A stretch of 64,000 nt of DNA, from positions 23,194 to 87,193 of the IMG/VR virus record IMGVR_UViG_3300032224_001146; one strand, given 5' to 3'. The stretch is from a virus. A program made the position numbers and the translations under genes. Within the stretch, counting starts at the first letter, position 1. The number at the start of each line of letters is the position of its first letter. The notes beneath the pieces were generated by a model. That model did not search any database. It was not told where the DNA came from and worked only from the letters and a program-made list of their open reading frames with translations. Below are positions 18,124 to 28,200 of this stretch, piece by piece.

Positions 18124-19446
18124 ATGAATATTGAAAAAGCACATTGGTCAAGTAATGGTAACCGCCTGTCAATTGCGGTCCCATTTTCAAAGGTCAATAA
18201 AGAGAATAGAACAGTCTCAGGCTTTGCTACATTAAACAATGTAGACCAGACTGGAGATGTTGTCACGGCTGAAGCAAGCCTAAAGGCATTTGATAATTTC
18301 CGTGGAAACATTCGTGAAATGCATCAATCAATTGCGGTAGGCAAGATGCTTTCATTTAAGTCAGAGACATTCTTTGATCCAATCTCAAAATCATTTTATG
18401 ATGGAGTTTGGGTAAGTGCATATATTTCTAAAGGTGCACAAGACACTTGGGAAAAAGTTCTTGACGGCACTCTTTCAGGTTTTTCAATTGGCGGAAGAAT
18501 TAATGATGTTGATAATGAAGTTAATAAGTCAAGTGGTGAAACAGTAAGATTCATCAAGGACTACGATCTTATTGAATTGTCACTTGTTGATTCACCAGCA
18601 AATGAACTTTGCAATGTTCTTTCAATTGAAAAAGTAAACGGATCACTTGTTTACAAAGGATTAGCTGCAGAGACTTTAGCAGCAAATGTTTTTTTCTGCC
18701 AAGCAGATAACATTGTAGTTTCTGAAATGTCAGCAACTCGCAACTGTTCTGTTTGCGGAACAAATATGGAAATCATTGGTTGGGTGGAAAACAATGATAT
18801 TAATAAGGCGGATACAGTTAGATATGTTTATGAAAAATATATCAATAAGTTTTCTAGTTCTGCACAAGAACCAGAAAGTAACACCGAAGTAAAGGGAGGT
18901 ACAATCGTGTCAGAAGCAACAGTAGAAGACACCACTGTCGAAGCTCCTGCAACAGAAGCACCAGTTACTGAAGAAGTAGCTGCACCAGCAGAAGATGCAG
19001 CACCAGCAGAAGCAGTTGTAGAAGAAGCAGCACCAGCTGCAGAAGCAGATGCCGCCAATACCGAAGATGCACCAGCAGCAGATGCAGTAGCTGAGGAATC
19101 AGAAATTGCAAAGGCAATGGGAGATCTTAAGGGCTTCTTGTCAGATACACTTAGTAAGGCAGCAGAGACAAACGCAGCACAGGTTGCAGAAGTTAAGTCA
19201 ACTGTAGAGTCCTTTATCAAAGGTGTAGAGACAAAAGTTTCAGAATTGGCAGAACAGTACAACACACTCAGCGAAACCGTTAAAGGAATCACTGAAGGAA
19301 TTGGCTCAGTTGAAAAGCGAGTCAACGCAGTTGAAACAGATACTGCAGTAAAGAAGTCTGCTGACCTTGGCGGGTCAACAGAGTTTGTAAAGAAATCAAA
19401 ATGGTCAGGAGCTTTCCTCGGTTCCGTGAACGATATTTTAAACTAA
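18124..19446 (+). CDS. HK97-type prohead protease fused to a scaffold domain
   Basis: 'VSGFAT..NVDQTGDVV', 'REMH', 'GTLSGFSIGG', 'ELSLVDSPAN', then an acidic Ala/Pro/Glu linker and a coiled coil. Confidence 0.88.
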   Translation: MNIEKAHWSSNGNRLSIAVPFSKVNKENRTVSGFATLNNVDQTGDVVTAEASLKAFDNFRGNIREMHQSIAVGKMLSFKSETFFDPISKSFYDGVWVSAYISKGAQDTWEKVLDGTLSGFSIGGRINDVDNEVNKSSGETVRFIKDYDLIELSLVDSPANELCNVLSIEKVNGSLVYKGLAAETLAANVFFCQADNIVVSEMSATRNCSVCGTNMEIIGWVENNDINKADTVRYVYEKYINKFSSSAQEPESNTEVKGGTIVSEATVEDTTVEAPATEAPVTEEVAAPAEDAAPAEAVVEEAAPAAEADAANTEDAPAADAVAEESEIAKAMGDLKGFLSDTLSKAAETNAAQVAEVKSTVESFIKGVETKVSELAEQYNTLSETVKGITEGIGSVEKRVNAVETDTAVKKSADLGGSTEFVKKSKWSGAFLGSVNDILN

Positions 19447-19466
19447 AAAAGGCAGGTGAAAAAAAT

Positions 19467-20516
19467 ATGAGTAACGAATTATTAGAAAAGGCAGTAGCAG
19501 CTAATACAACAGCAACTACTAGCATGAACGGCCAGAGCCTTTCAGGTTCAGGTATCCACGTCGGAGCTACCCAAACAGGTGGTCTCCTAAATCCAGAGCA
19601 GTCAGCACGATTCCTCGACTACGTATTTGATGCTACCGTTATCGGTAAGGTCGCACGTACAGTAAGAATGAAGGCAGATACAACTGAGATTGATCGCATC
19701 GGAGTTGGCGAGAAGCTAATGAAGGTTGCGTCAGAAGCAGAAGACACAGGTTCAAACGCTGGTGTCACATTCTCAAAGATCAACTTGACAACTAAGAAGC
19801 TTCGTCTTGACTGGGAACTCTCAACAGAGTCTCTAGAAGACAACATCGAAGGTCCAGATCTAGAAGATCACATTGCACGTCTAATGGCAACACAAGCTGG
19901 AAATGACATTGAAGATGTAGTCCTTAATGGAGATACATCACTTTCATCAGATAACCTATACAAGGCATTTGATGGTGTTGTTAAGAAGGCTAAGGCTAAC
20001 GGACACGTAGTTGATGCAGCAGGAGCAGCAGTTTCTCGTGCAGTATTTAACTCAGCACTTAAGGCACTTCCACGTAAGTACAAGCAACGTCGTACAGACC
20101 TTCGCTTCCTTTCAGGATCAAACCTTATCCAGGACTTCCTATATAGCCAGTCTATCTCAACCAACTTTGCAAACCCACAAGATATCGCATCAAGCGTTAT
20201 TCGTGGTGAAGTTGCACCACTTGGTGGACCAGCAGGTTATGTAGCACCATACGCATTTGGTATTCCAATTGTTGAAGTTCCACTACTTAATGAAATCCAA
20301 GCTGGAGATTATTCAGGACACACAGGTTCACATGGTGACATCCACCTTTCATTCCCAAATAACGTTGTTATTGGAATTAAGCGTGATGTAACTGTATACC
20401 GTTTCTTCTGGCCACGTAAGGACTCAGTTGAGTACACACTTTACACAAGAGTTGGCGTTCAAATTGAACAAGCTGATGCTTGGGTAGTTGTAAAGAACGT
20501 TAAGGTAGCTTCCTAA
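19467..20516 (+). CDS. Major capsid protein (HK97 fold)
   Basis: Follows the protease. 'GGLLNPEQSARF.D', 'L.TKKLRL.WELSTESLEDNIEG', 'NDIED..LNGD'. Followed by a terminator. Start placed at the ATG after SD-like GCAGGTG. Confidence 0.92.
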   Translation: MSNELLEKAVAANTTATTSMNGQSLSGSGIHVGATQTGGLLNPEQSARFLDYVFDATVIGKVARTVRMKADTTEIDRIGVGEKLMKVASEAEDTGSNAGVTFSKINLTTKKLRLDWELSTESLEDNIEGPDLEDHIARLMATQAGNDIEDVVLNGDTSLSSDNLYKAFDGVVKKAKANGHVVDAAGAAVSRAVFNSALKALPRKYKQRRTDLRFLSGSNLIQDFLYSQSISTNFANPQDIASSVIRGEVAPLGGPAGYVAPYAFGIPIVEVPLLNEIQAGDYSGHTGSHGDIHLSFPNNVVIGIKRDVTVYRFFWPRKDSVEYTLYTRVGVQIEQADAWVVVKNVKVAS

Positions 20517-20534
20517 TTTAGGAAATATACTATT

Positions 20535-20575
20535 GTAAAGGCCCTCAAATTAATTTTTGAGGGTCTTTACCTTTT
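20535..20575 (+). terminator. Rho-independent terminator
   Basis: GTAAAGGCCCTCAAA-loop-TTTGAGGGTCTTTAC followed by CTTTT, directly after the capsid gene. Confidence 0.7.
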
Positions 20576-20585
20576 AAGCTCATAA

Positions 20586-20594
20586 TGCTATAAT
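20586..20594 (+). promoter_or_regulatory. Extended -10 promoter (TGCTATAAT)
   Basis: Motif precedes SD AAGGAG and ATG at 20617. Confidence 0.6.
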
Positions 20595-20616
20595 TGAACA
20601 GAACAAAGGAGATTAT

Positions 20617-21024
20617 ATGTCATTTTCAACAATGAAAATTGCAGAACTCAAGCAAATCGCAGAAGACTTCGCAGTTGACCTACCTAATTCAAAAAGCAAA
20701 GCAGAAATTATCGCAGCCTTCGCAGAAGAAGGCGTAACATGGGATATTTACCAAAAAACATTAAAGAATCTAGAAGAAGATTCAATTGAGTCAGACGAAG
20801 CTGTAGAGATCCTACCTAAGTTTGATCCAAAGGCGGCAACACCAGAAGATACAACTCTAGTTAGAATGACCAGAGCAAACTTCAGATATGATATTCTTGG
20901 ATTTACCTTTACAAAGGAACATCCATTTGTAGCAATGCCATCAGAAAAAGCAGAAGAACTTTTCAGAATTGAAGAGGGATTCCGTATGGCTACAGCTACT
21001 GAAGTAAAAGATTTTTACAACTAA
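20617..21024 (+). CDS. Hypothetical protein with N-terminal Rho-N/HeH-like motif
   Basis: 'MKIAELKQIAEDFAVDL....SKAEIIAAF'. Confidence 0.6.
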   Translation: MSFSTMKIAELKQIAEDFAVDLPNSKSKAEIIAAFAEEGVTWDIYQKTLKNLEEDSIESDEAVEILPKFDPKAATPEDTTLVRMTRANFRYDILGFTFTKEHPFVAMPSEKAEELFRIEEGFRMATATEVKDFYN

Positions 21025-21037
21025 AAGGAAAAATTAA

Positions 21038-22030
21038 ATGGCAGAGTTATATGTAAATAGTAATGGAGTTTTGCGTCAAAAAATTTACTGGGCTGGAAAG
21101 CCTGTGGATACTGACAATAACGTATCTGTTGCTGTTTACGATGTAACTGAAGACCCAGCCATTATTCCAGCACTTTCTCCAACAACATTGTTGGGAACAT
21201 ATACAGCATCTAATTTAGAAACAGATAATGGAAACTACGAACTAGTTCTTCCATTCAATCTAACTTCTAGAAATAGAAAATTAAAGTTAATTTGGTCTTA
21301 TGCTGTAAATGGAGAGGCTGGACAACAAACAACATTTGCTGATGTTGTAACTCCTTATGTTAATATTTCAGAAGCAATTGATGCTTTAAATTTTGGAGTT
21401 GATCCTTCAGATCCAGAATATAAGTCTTATGAAGAGCTTATGCGAGCAGAAGCATATGCAAGAAAGCTTATTGAAAATTATACATTTGATCAATTCTATC
21501 TTTATGATGATGTACAAATTGTTTATGGGGCTGGAGATGACTCCATTGCCACCCTTTATAAGGTAAATCAAATTCATGAACTTTATGCAAATGATATTTT
21601 ATTATTAGATAATCCAAACAATGTTAATAATATAGGGTATGATATTGTTCCAGCTTCAACTGGTTATGGAATTAAGATTGATAGAGGTTCATCTATTGTA
21701 AGAGATAATACTGTGTATCTTGCCAATGGAATGGTTTCTCCTACAGTATATGATATGGGATTCCAAGGTTTCTTTCAAAAAGGTGTGGCTTACAGAATAC
21801 AAGGAAGATTTGGTTGGGATTATATTCCAGACGAAGTCAGCCTTGCAGCAATTGAATTAATGAAAGACTTTTTTAACAAAGATACTCAATGGAAGCACAA
21901 ATACGTAAAGAATATTCAGACATTTGACTGGAATTTTGAGTATGACCCACAAGTTTATAGTGGAACAGGAAACTTTTATGCTGACAGCGTTCTTTCAAAT
22001 TATGTTGTCAAGCAAATGTTGGTGATCTAA
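21038..22030 (+). CDS. Head-tail adaptor/connector
   Basis: Position after the capsid. 'AE.YAR..IE.YT...F' and 'G.FGW..IPDEV.LAAIEL' adaptor-like motifs. Confidence 0.7.
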   Translation: MAELYVNSNGVLRQKIYWAGKPVDTDNNVSVAVYDVTEDPAIIPALSPTTLLGTYTASNLETDNGNYELVLPFNLTSRNRKLKLIWSYAVNGEAGQQTTFADVVTPYVNISEAIDALNFGVDPSDPEYKSYEELMRAEAYARKLIENYTFDQFYLYDDVQIVYGAGDDSIATLYKVNQIHELYANDILLLDNPNNVNNIGYDIVPASTGYGIKIDRGSSIVRDNTVYLANGMVSPTVYDMGFQGFFQKGVAYRIQGRFGWDYIPDEVSLAAIELMKDFFNKDTQWKHKYVKNIQTFDWNFEYDPQVYSGTGNFYADSVLSNYVVKQMLVI

Positions 22031-22458
22031 TGTTAACAGATTTGGTAGGAACAATCCTGTCAATGAAAGTTGACATCTATGTACAGCAAGATTCTCAAGA
22101 TTCAGATACTGGTGCATTAAAAAAGAATTGGGTTTTAGACAGAACTGTTCAGTGTTTTGCAAAAGGAAATATTTCAAATTCTTCTACAGGGCGTGGTTCT
22201 GACAGACAAAAATATGGCACACGTTATAGAGATGTAGAATCAATTTCAGTAAGAGTGGGAGAATTTATTTCTCACAGAGAAAAGCTTGTAAATATTAGAA
22301 GTCAAAAAGATGAGACACTTTGGTTTGAATTAAATTATCCAACTAGCACACCAACTGTTTTTGAAGTTGTTGGCAATACACCAATTATGGATCCATTTGG
22401 TTCAGTACTTGGATACAATTTAATGTGTGCAAGATCGGAAAACCAAACAATTGATTAA
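22030..22458 (+). CDS. Head closure/stopper protein
   Basis: Synteny and size. Beta-barrel-like pattern 'D.DTGA.KK.W...RTV.C', 'FEVVG..P..DPFG'. Confidence 0.6.
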   Translation: MLTDLVGTILSMKVDIYVQQDSQDSDTGALKKNWVLDRTVQCFAKGNISNSSTGRGSDRQKYGTRYRDVESISVRVGEFISHREKLVNIRSQKDETLWFELNYPTSTPTVFEVVGNTPIMDPFGSVLGYNLMCARSENQTID

Positions 22459-23242
22459 TAGCATTGCATCCCTAGATACAGCCTCACGAGGCTTAGAACG
22501 CCTTATGGTGGGCTCTAAGCAAAAGGGTGTCATAGATGATGGCGGGACAGTTCAAAAAATTTCTGCTGGCCTTTATTACCAAGCAAGAGTAATGGGTGCA
22601 ATGGTTACAGAAGAATGTATTGCTACTGGTTACACAAATAAAATATTTAATAAGATTAAATTTGATCTAGAAGAATTTATAGATATGCAAGCTAGATCAA
22701 GACCAAAGGCATTTCATCACGTATATGAGTGGGGTCAAACTGGTAAAAACACAGCAAGACTTTTTGATATTCATAGATCTGGCCAGTCAGGTTTTGATTT
22801 TGTTTTAGGATATGATTTTAAATTATCAAACACACCAGTTCCAGCAAAAGGAAAAAGTCCAAAAACTTATTTCTTTAAAAACAAAGCCTTTGTAATGGAA
22901 AATGGTCAACAAGTTACAGTAAGACCAAAAAATCCAGATACAAGCTTAACATTTAATATGGGCGGACAATACATAACTTTGGAACCTGGCAAGGCAGTAA
23001 AAATAAATAATCCAGGCGGCAAAGAAGTAAAGTTATCTTTTGCTGGAGCATATACTAGATTTATGAATGGTCCTGTTGAAAATTCAATTGCAATGTCTGG
23101 AGCAAAAGATTCATTTAATTTAGTTGTTTCAAGATCAATGAAGTTGCCAGGAATTGTAAAAGCTAAGTCTTATTCTTATAATCCAGCATCTATTAAAAAT
23201 GCAGCTCATGCTGCTGTTCAATTGAATGGGAGAAACATGTGA
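22451..23242 (+). CDS. Neck/tail completion protein
   Basis: Lies between stopper and terminator. 'HHVYEWGQTG...ARLF', 'F.NKA.VME.G'. TTG start is uncertain. Confidence 0.55.
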   Translation: MINSIASLDTASRGLERLMVGSKQKGVIDDGGTVQKISAGLYYQARVMGAMVTEECIATGYTNKIFNKIKFDLEEFIDMQARSRPKAFHHVYEWGQTGKNTARLFDIHRSGQSGFDFVLGYDFKLSNTPVPAKGKSPKTYFFKNKAFVMENGQQVTVRPKNPDTSLTFNMGGQYITLEPGKAVKINNPGGKEVKLSFAGAYTRFMNGPVENSIAMSGAKDSFNLVVSRSMKLPGIVKAKSYSYNPASIKNAAHAAVQLNGRNM

Positions 23243-23751
23243 CTGCAAATTATAAAATAGACTCAGCAAATGAGATACGTAAGTTTTTATGGCATGAATT
23301 AACAATGAAGGGCTTGTTTAAAGAAACAGACTATTTTTCTGACAATGTAAATGAAACAATCATTCCTATCTTGCCAGTACAGCAAGTCCCAGAAATGAAT
23401 CAATTCTTAAATGGTAAAAAACATATTATCTATGATAAAACCAGTATGAGTTATGAATCTAATTGGCTGGTCTGTACAGAGAAAATGCAGTTTACCCTGT
23501 ATGCTATTGATGTGGCAGAAATCAATGAAATGAGAAACTTTTTAATTGACCTTTTTAGAAGGTCTGATGAGTCAGCTAGAGATATTAATAATTTTATGGA
23601 TAAAGATAGCAAGCTTCGTTTTCATACTATTTATATGTCTGACATATCCCCCATTGCCCCATCTGAAGAAATACAAGGGTTCTTGGCTGCGGATGTAATA
23701 TTAGACATTAAATACTCAAGAGATGTAGATAGATCAGGAAGATTTGCTTAG
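23239..23751 (+). CDS. Tail terminator-like protein
   Basis: 170 aa, directly upstream of the major tail gene. Confidence 0.55.
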   Translation: MTANYKIDSANEIRKFLWHELTMKGLFKETDYFSDNVNETIIPILPVQQVPEMNQFLNGKKHIIYDKTSMSYESNWLVCTEKMQFTLYAIDVAEINEMRNFLIDLFRRSDESARDINNFMDKDSKLRFHTIYMSDISPIAPSEEIQGFLAADVILDIKYSRDVDRSGRFA

Positions 23752-23754
23752 TCC

Positions 23755-23783
23755 TTGCTTTATGAACTAATCAACTGTAAAAT
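23755..23783 (+). promoter_or_regulatory. Sigma70-type promoter (TTGCTT-17-TAAAAT)
   Basis: Consensus spacing upstream of the major tail gene. Confidence 0.5.
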
Positions 23784-23852
23784 TGGAGTTGAGGAAAGAG
23801 CCTAGCCAGCAGCCACTAAGAAAGTAACAGTTATTCCAGGAGGTGGAAATAA

Positions 23853-24494
23853 ATGGCATTTGAAGCAAAAAATATTATTGTCGGAGCAGCACCGCTGTTC
23901 TTGTCAAAGAAGGATTCAACAGAATCTACATACGCAACAGTGCTTCCAGAAGGATCAAACGTAACAGCTAATACATCAATTTATGACGCTGATACTCGTG
24001 AGCTTAAGGGAAACCTTGCAACAGCTTACGCAAACGTTGGATACACAAACAACGGTCTTCAAATTACTTACAACCCAACATACGGTTCAGTAACAGTAGA
24101 TCAGCTTCTTGATACAGCAAAGCTGTTCAAGGAGTCAATGGAAGTTATGTTAGCAACTGAAATTACAGAAGCAACACTTGAGAACATTCTAAAGGTATTC
24201 GGACAGGGAGCTTCAACTCTCTCAGGCGATGCACTTGGTATGGAAGCAGGAGCTCTTGGACAAGAGCCTACAGAGCGTCAGCTAATTGCTGTCGGTCTTG
24301 CACCACGTTCAGCAGCTAACAAAAAGCGTGAAAGAGTTTATTATGGCCGTCGTGTACTTTCAGTACAACAGTCACAATTCACACTTGCACGTAACAATGC
24401 AACAGTATTCCCAGTAACCTTCCGTCTTCTCCCAGATGCAGCATATGCAGGAGCAGAATACGGTAAGATTATTGACCGTCTAATCGAAGCATAA
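23853..24494 (+). CDS. Major tail (tube) protein
   Basis: 'NIIVGAA.LF', 'VGYT.NGL.ITY.PTYG.V.VDQLLD', 'TVFPVTFRLLPD'. Strong SD. Lies before the chaperones and tape measure. Confidence 0.85.
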   Translation: MAFEAKNIIVGAAPLFLSKKDSTESTYATVLPEGSNVTANTSIYDADTRELKGNLATAYANVGYTNNGLQITYNPTYGSVTVDQLLDTAKLFKESMEVMLATEITEATLENILKVFGQGASTLSGDALGMEAGALGQEPTERQLIAVGLAPRSAANKKRERVYYGRRVLSVQQSQFTLARNNATVFPVTFRLLPDAAYAGAEYGKIIDRLIEA

Positions 24495-24520
24495 TTTACA
24501 ATTTAATAACAACTTAATAT

Positions 24521-24560
24521 AGACAGTGGCCCCCAAACTCTGGGGGTCTCTGCATTTGGT
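24521..24560 (+). terminator. Possible terminator hairpin after the major tail gene
   Basis: CAG-T-GGCCCCCA...TGGGGGTC-T-CTG inverted repeat with a weak U tail. Confidence 0.4.
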
Positions 24561-24609
24561 TTATCAATACACTTTTGATATAATTAAAATAATCAGAACG
24601 GGGAATAAA

Positions 24610-24942
24610 TTGGCTACTACAGTCTATGACGTAGAAGAAATTGAATTACAAAACGGAAACAAGGTAAAGCTTAAGCCTTTATCAATTAAAGAACTTAGAA
24701 AGTTCATGGTTGTCATTGCTAAGACAGGACAAGTATCAACAGAAGATGATACATTAAATATTTTGATTGAAGCTTGTGCAGTAGCATTAGAAAAGCAACT
24801 TCCTGAGCTTGTTGCAGATAGAGATGCATTTGAAGATGCACTTGATGTGCCTACAATCAACAGAATCCTAGAAATTTGTGGCGGGATTAATATGTCAGAC
24901 CCAAACCAACTAGCGGCAACAGTTCTAGCTGGTCAGAACTAG
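24610..24942 (+). CDS. Tail assembly chaperone (gpG-like)
   Basis: TTG start after GGGGA. Lies between tail tube and tape measure. Confidence 0.75.
   Translation: MATTVYDVEEIELQNGNKVKLKPLSIKELRKFMVVIAKTGQVSTEDDTLNILIEACAVALEKQLPELVADRDAFEDALDVPTINRILEICGGINMSDPNQLAATVLAGQN
24900..24906 (+). other. Programmed -1 ribosomal frameshift slippery site (C CCA AAC)
   Basis: X XXY YYZ heptamer in the chaperone reading frame. The -1 frame opens after TAA at 24888-24890 and runs to 25274. Confidence 0.8.
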
Positions 24943-25274
24943 ATTTAGCCGCTTTAGAAGGACAGGCTTTTCTTTTAGGACATTGGAGGAACTTCGATGA
25001 ACTTGAAGAAAACCTATCAATGCCAGAGCTTATACAAGTACTGAAAAGTATTAGTAAAAGAGAAGATGACAACAGAAAATTCCAAGCTTCATTGCAAGGA
25101 GTTGATCTAGGGGAGGAAGAAGTTGCCGATAGTAAAACCTCATCTTTCGAAGAGATTCGAATGAGAGCGTTAGGAATTAATGGATTACCAAATGATATCA
25201 TTGGTCTTCAAGGCAACGCAGCTTCCGCAAAAGGTTTTGGAATAAATGAAGGTTTAGGTTATTCCGAAGAATAA
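24900..25274 (+). CDS. Frameshift extension of the tail assembly chaperone (gpGT-like)
   Basis: The -1 frame reads PKPTSGNSSSWSELDLAALEGQAFLLGHWRNFDELEENLSMPELIQVL... to TAA 25274. The ORF track only picked up the internal ATG at 25020. Confidence 0.75.
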   Translation, partial: PKPTSGNSSSWSELDLAALEGQAFLLGHWRNFDELEENLSMPELIQVLKSISKREDDNRKFQASLQGVDLGEEEVADSKTSSFEEIRMRALGINGLPNDIIGLQGNAASAKGFGINEGLGYSEE

Positions 25275-25277
25275 AAA

Positions 25278-28200
25278 ATGACAGAAAACATTAATACTCA
25301 GATCACCGCTAGTGCTGACTTCTCAAGTTTGATTGGTCAGATACATCAAGCGGTATCTCAACTTACATTATTACAGCAAAAGATTGGTGCATCCAATGTT
25401 GCTCTGAGTCAACAGATCGCTGCTAGTAATAATGCTTTTGCAAATACGCTTAAAAATAGCAATCAATTCAGCACACACTTTGTAACTCTCGCAAGTGATA
25501 CTGAAAAGTTTGGAAAAGCTTTAGATAGCGGAAAATTAAAACTTAGAGATTACTACAACTCTTGGCAGCAATATCATCGCCAAGGTGCTAGCTTAATTAA
25601 AGATTTAGCTAAGCAGCAAGCAGCCATGCAAAATGCAATCATTCAACCAATGGGCAGAAATGGCCAAGGGCAAATGCAATTCAATGTTCACGTTCCAACG
25701 GGAATTGACGAGCTTGCAAATAAAACAAGAATTGCAAAACAAGAAATGTCTATCCTTAATAAGGTTATGTCTGACGGGGCCACACAATTAATTAACTGGG
25801 GTAAGAATACTCAGTGGGCAGGCCGCCAATTAACAGTAGGTTTAACAGTTCCAATGGCAGCATTTGGACAAGCTGCCGCACAATCATTTTTGCAGGTTGA
25901 TGCAGAACTTGTAAGACTTACAAAGGTTTATGGCGGACTTGCACAAACTTCACAAGCAGAACTTGGAAAAGTAAGATCTGACACAATTAAAACAGCTAAA
26001 GAACTTTCTGGTGCTTATGGAGTAAACTTTAAAGAGACTATTGCTCTAGCTGCAGATATTGCCGCAACTGGTAAGCAAGGCAATGAGCTTATGGGTTCAT
26101 TAAAAGAAACAACAAGACTTTCTGTACTTGGTGAAGTAAGCAGACAAGATGCAATGAAAGCCACACTCGCTATTCAAAATGCATTCAAGCAAAATACAAC
26201 AGAGCTTGGTCAATCAATTGATTTCCTTAACGCAGTTGAAAACCAAACTTCAACAACGCTACAAGATCTTGTAAATGCAATTCCTAAAGCTGGACCAGTT
26301 GTAAAAGGTCTAGGCGGAGATGTAAAAGATCTTGCATTGATGATGGTTGCAATGAAAGAAGGAGGAGTTGATGCTGCTTCTGCTGCAAATGGATTAAAGT
26401 CAGCACTTGGTTCTTTAATTAATCCAACAAAAAATGCAAAAACTTTATTTAGAGGTTTTGGAATTGACCTTCAAGGTATTGTAAATAATAATGCTGGACA
26501 TGTAACAGAAACAATTTTAGCATTGCAAAATGCATTAGATAAACTAAATCCATTACAAAAACAACAAGCATTAGAAACTTTGTTTGGTAAATATCAGTTT
26601 GCAAGAATGGGTGCGTTATTTGATAATCTTGGTAAAAAAGGCTCTCAGACATTACAGGTATTAGATTTAATGAAAGCAAGCACACAGGAGCTTGCAGGTG
26701 TAGCTAGTCGAGAATTAGCACAGCAAACAGAATCAGCTTCTGGTAAATACAAGAGAGCACTTGAATCTTTAAAAGCAGATCTAGCAACAGTTGGATCAGG
26801 ATTTCTTGGAGTTTCTGCAAATCTTCTTAAAATTGCTGATGGAATTTTAAAAGCATTTAATGCACTTCCTGGCCCAGTAAAGAAATTTGTAACACTGTTG
26901 GCTGGACTTACAGCAGTAGCAGGACCAATCATTATGCTTACTGGTGTATTCTCAAACTTCCTTGGCTATGTGATGAAAGGTTTTGCTGGTATCAGAGCAT
27001 TCTTTAGTCATGCAGATAAATTTAAATTATTAACTCCAGAAATTGTTGCTGCAGATGAAGCAGCAATGATTATGGAAAAAACATTCTATTCAGATGCTGA
27101 AGCAGCAATGGTATTAAAAAATGCTTTAACAGCACTTAAACTTGAGATGCGTCAAATTGCTGAAATGGCATCATCAAATACAATTACAGCAAAACCGCTT
27201 GTTCAAAATATTAGTAATGCTACACATGGCGGAACAGTTCCAATTAATGGCTTAGACTTTGCTCATTATAATCCACAAGCAAGGTTATCTGAAGAAGATA
27301 GACTTAAGCAAACATTCCATACATCAATACCATTAGATCCAACAACTAATAAAAAAATTGGTGAAAATCCACAAATGATGGTTATGCCAGGAACTGGAAT
27401 TCCAAAAGTTCAAGGACTTACCATGATTAATGGTGCAACAACTGGAGTAAATGCGGTTGAAGCAGCAAAGTGGAATACAATGATGACAACTATGGCTATG
27501 AGAACAAAAACTCAAATGGCTGAGGTAGAGAGAGTACTTGATACAACTGGTCAATTGCCAGCAGAATTTATGGCTGATTTTAATTTAATTTTACCTAAGA
27601 TGCAAAATATTGCAGCTACAGCTGCACAATCTTCTGCTCGTGTTGCACGTTCTGCAGAAGCTGGAATTTTAACAGTTGAAGAATCACAAAGAGCATTGCA
27701 GGCAATTAACGCAAAGATGATTGAAAGAATGAATGCACTTTCAATTGCATCTGGTGTTCCAATTGAAAGAATGACAATGGTTCCAGGAACAAACACACAG
27801 GTTGCTACTGGAACAGCAGCAATGAAAAATCAAGATTACAACATGAGAAGTGTTACAAGAACTGGTGCTGGAAGAGTTGGCGGACTTACATCTAAGATTT
27901 CAAATGCACTTAAGGTAGGCGTAAGAAGAATTAAGCTACAAGATGGAGCAGTTGGTATTGGTGGTATTCAAAAATATGCAGGTGGAGTTATTGGTGCAGG
28001 ACTTACATTAGGTCTTAAAGCAGCAAGAGCATTAAGTTTAGTTGGAGCAAGAGCAGGACAAAAAGCTTATAAATTTAAATCAGCATTTGGTGTATTTGGA
28101 AAAACACTTCCAGGCCAAACTGCAGACTCAATTAACTTGCTTCTTAGAACTGGAAAAATGCCAGTTGGAGATTATGTAAGATCATTAATGTTAGCAGGAA

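Noticed and set aside
18920-19100. GCACCAGCAGAAG repeats
   Set aside because: They encode the Ala-Pro-Ala-Glu linker of the scaffold and are not an independent element.
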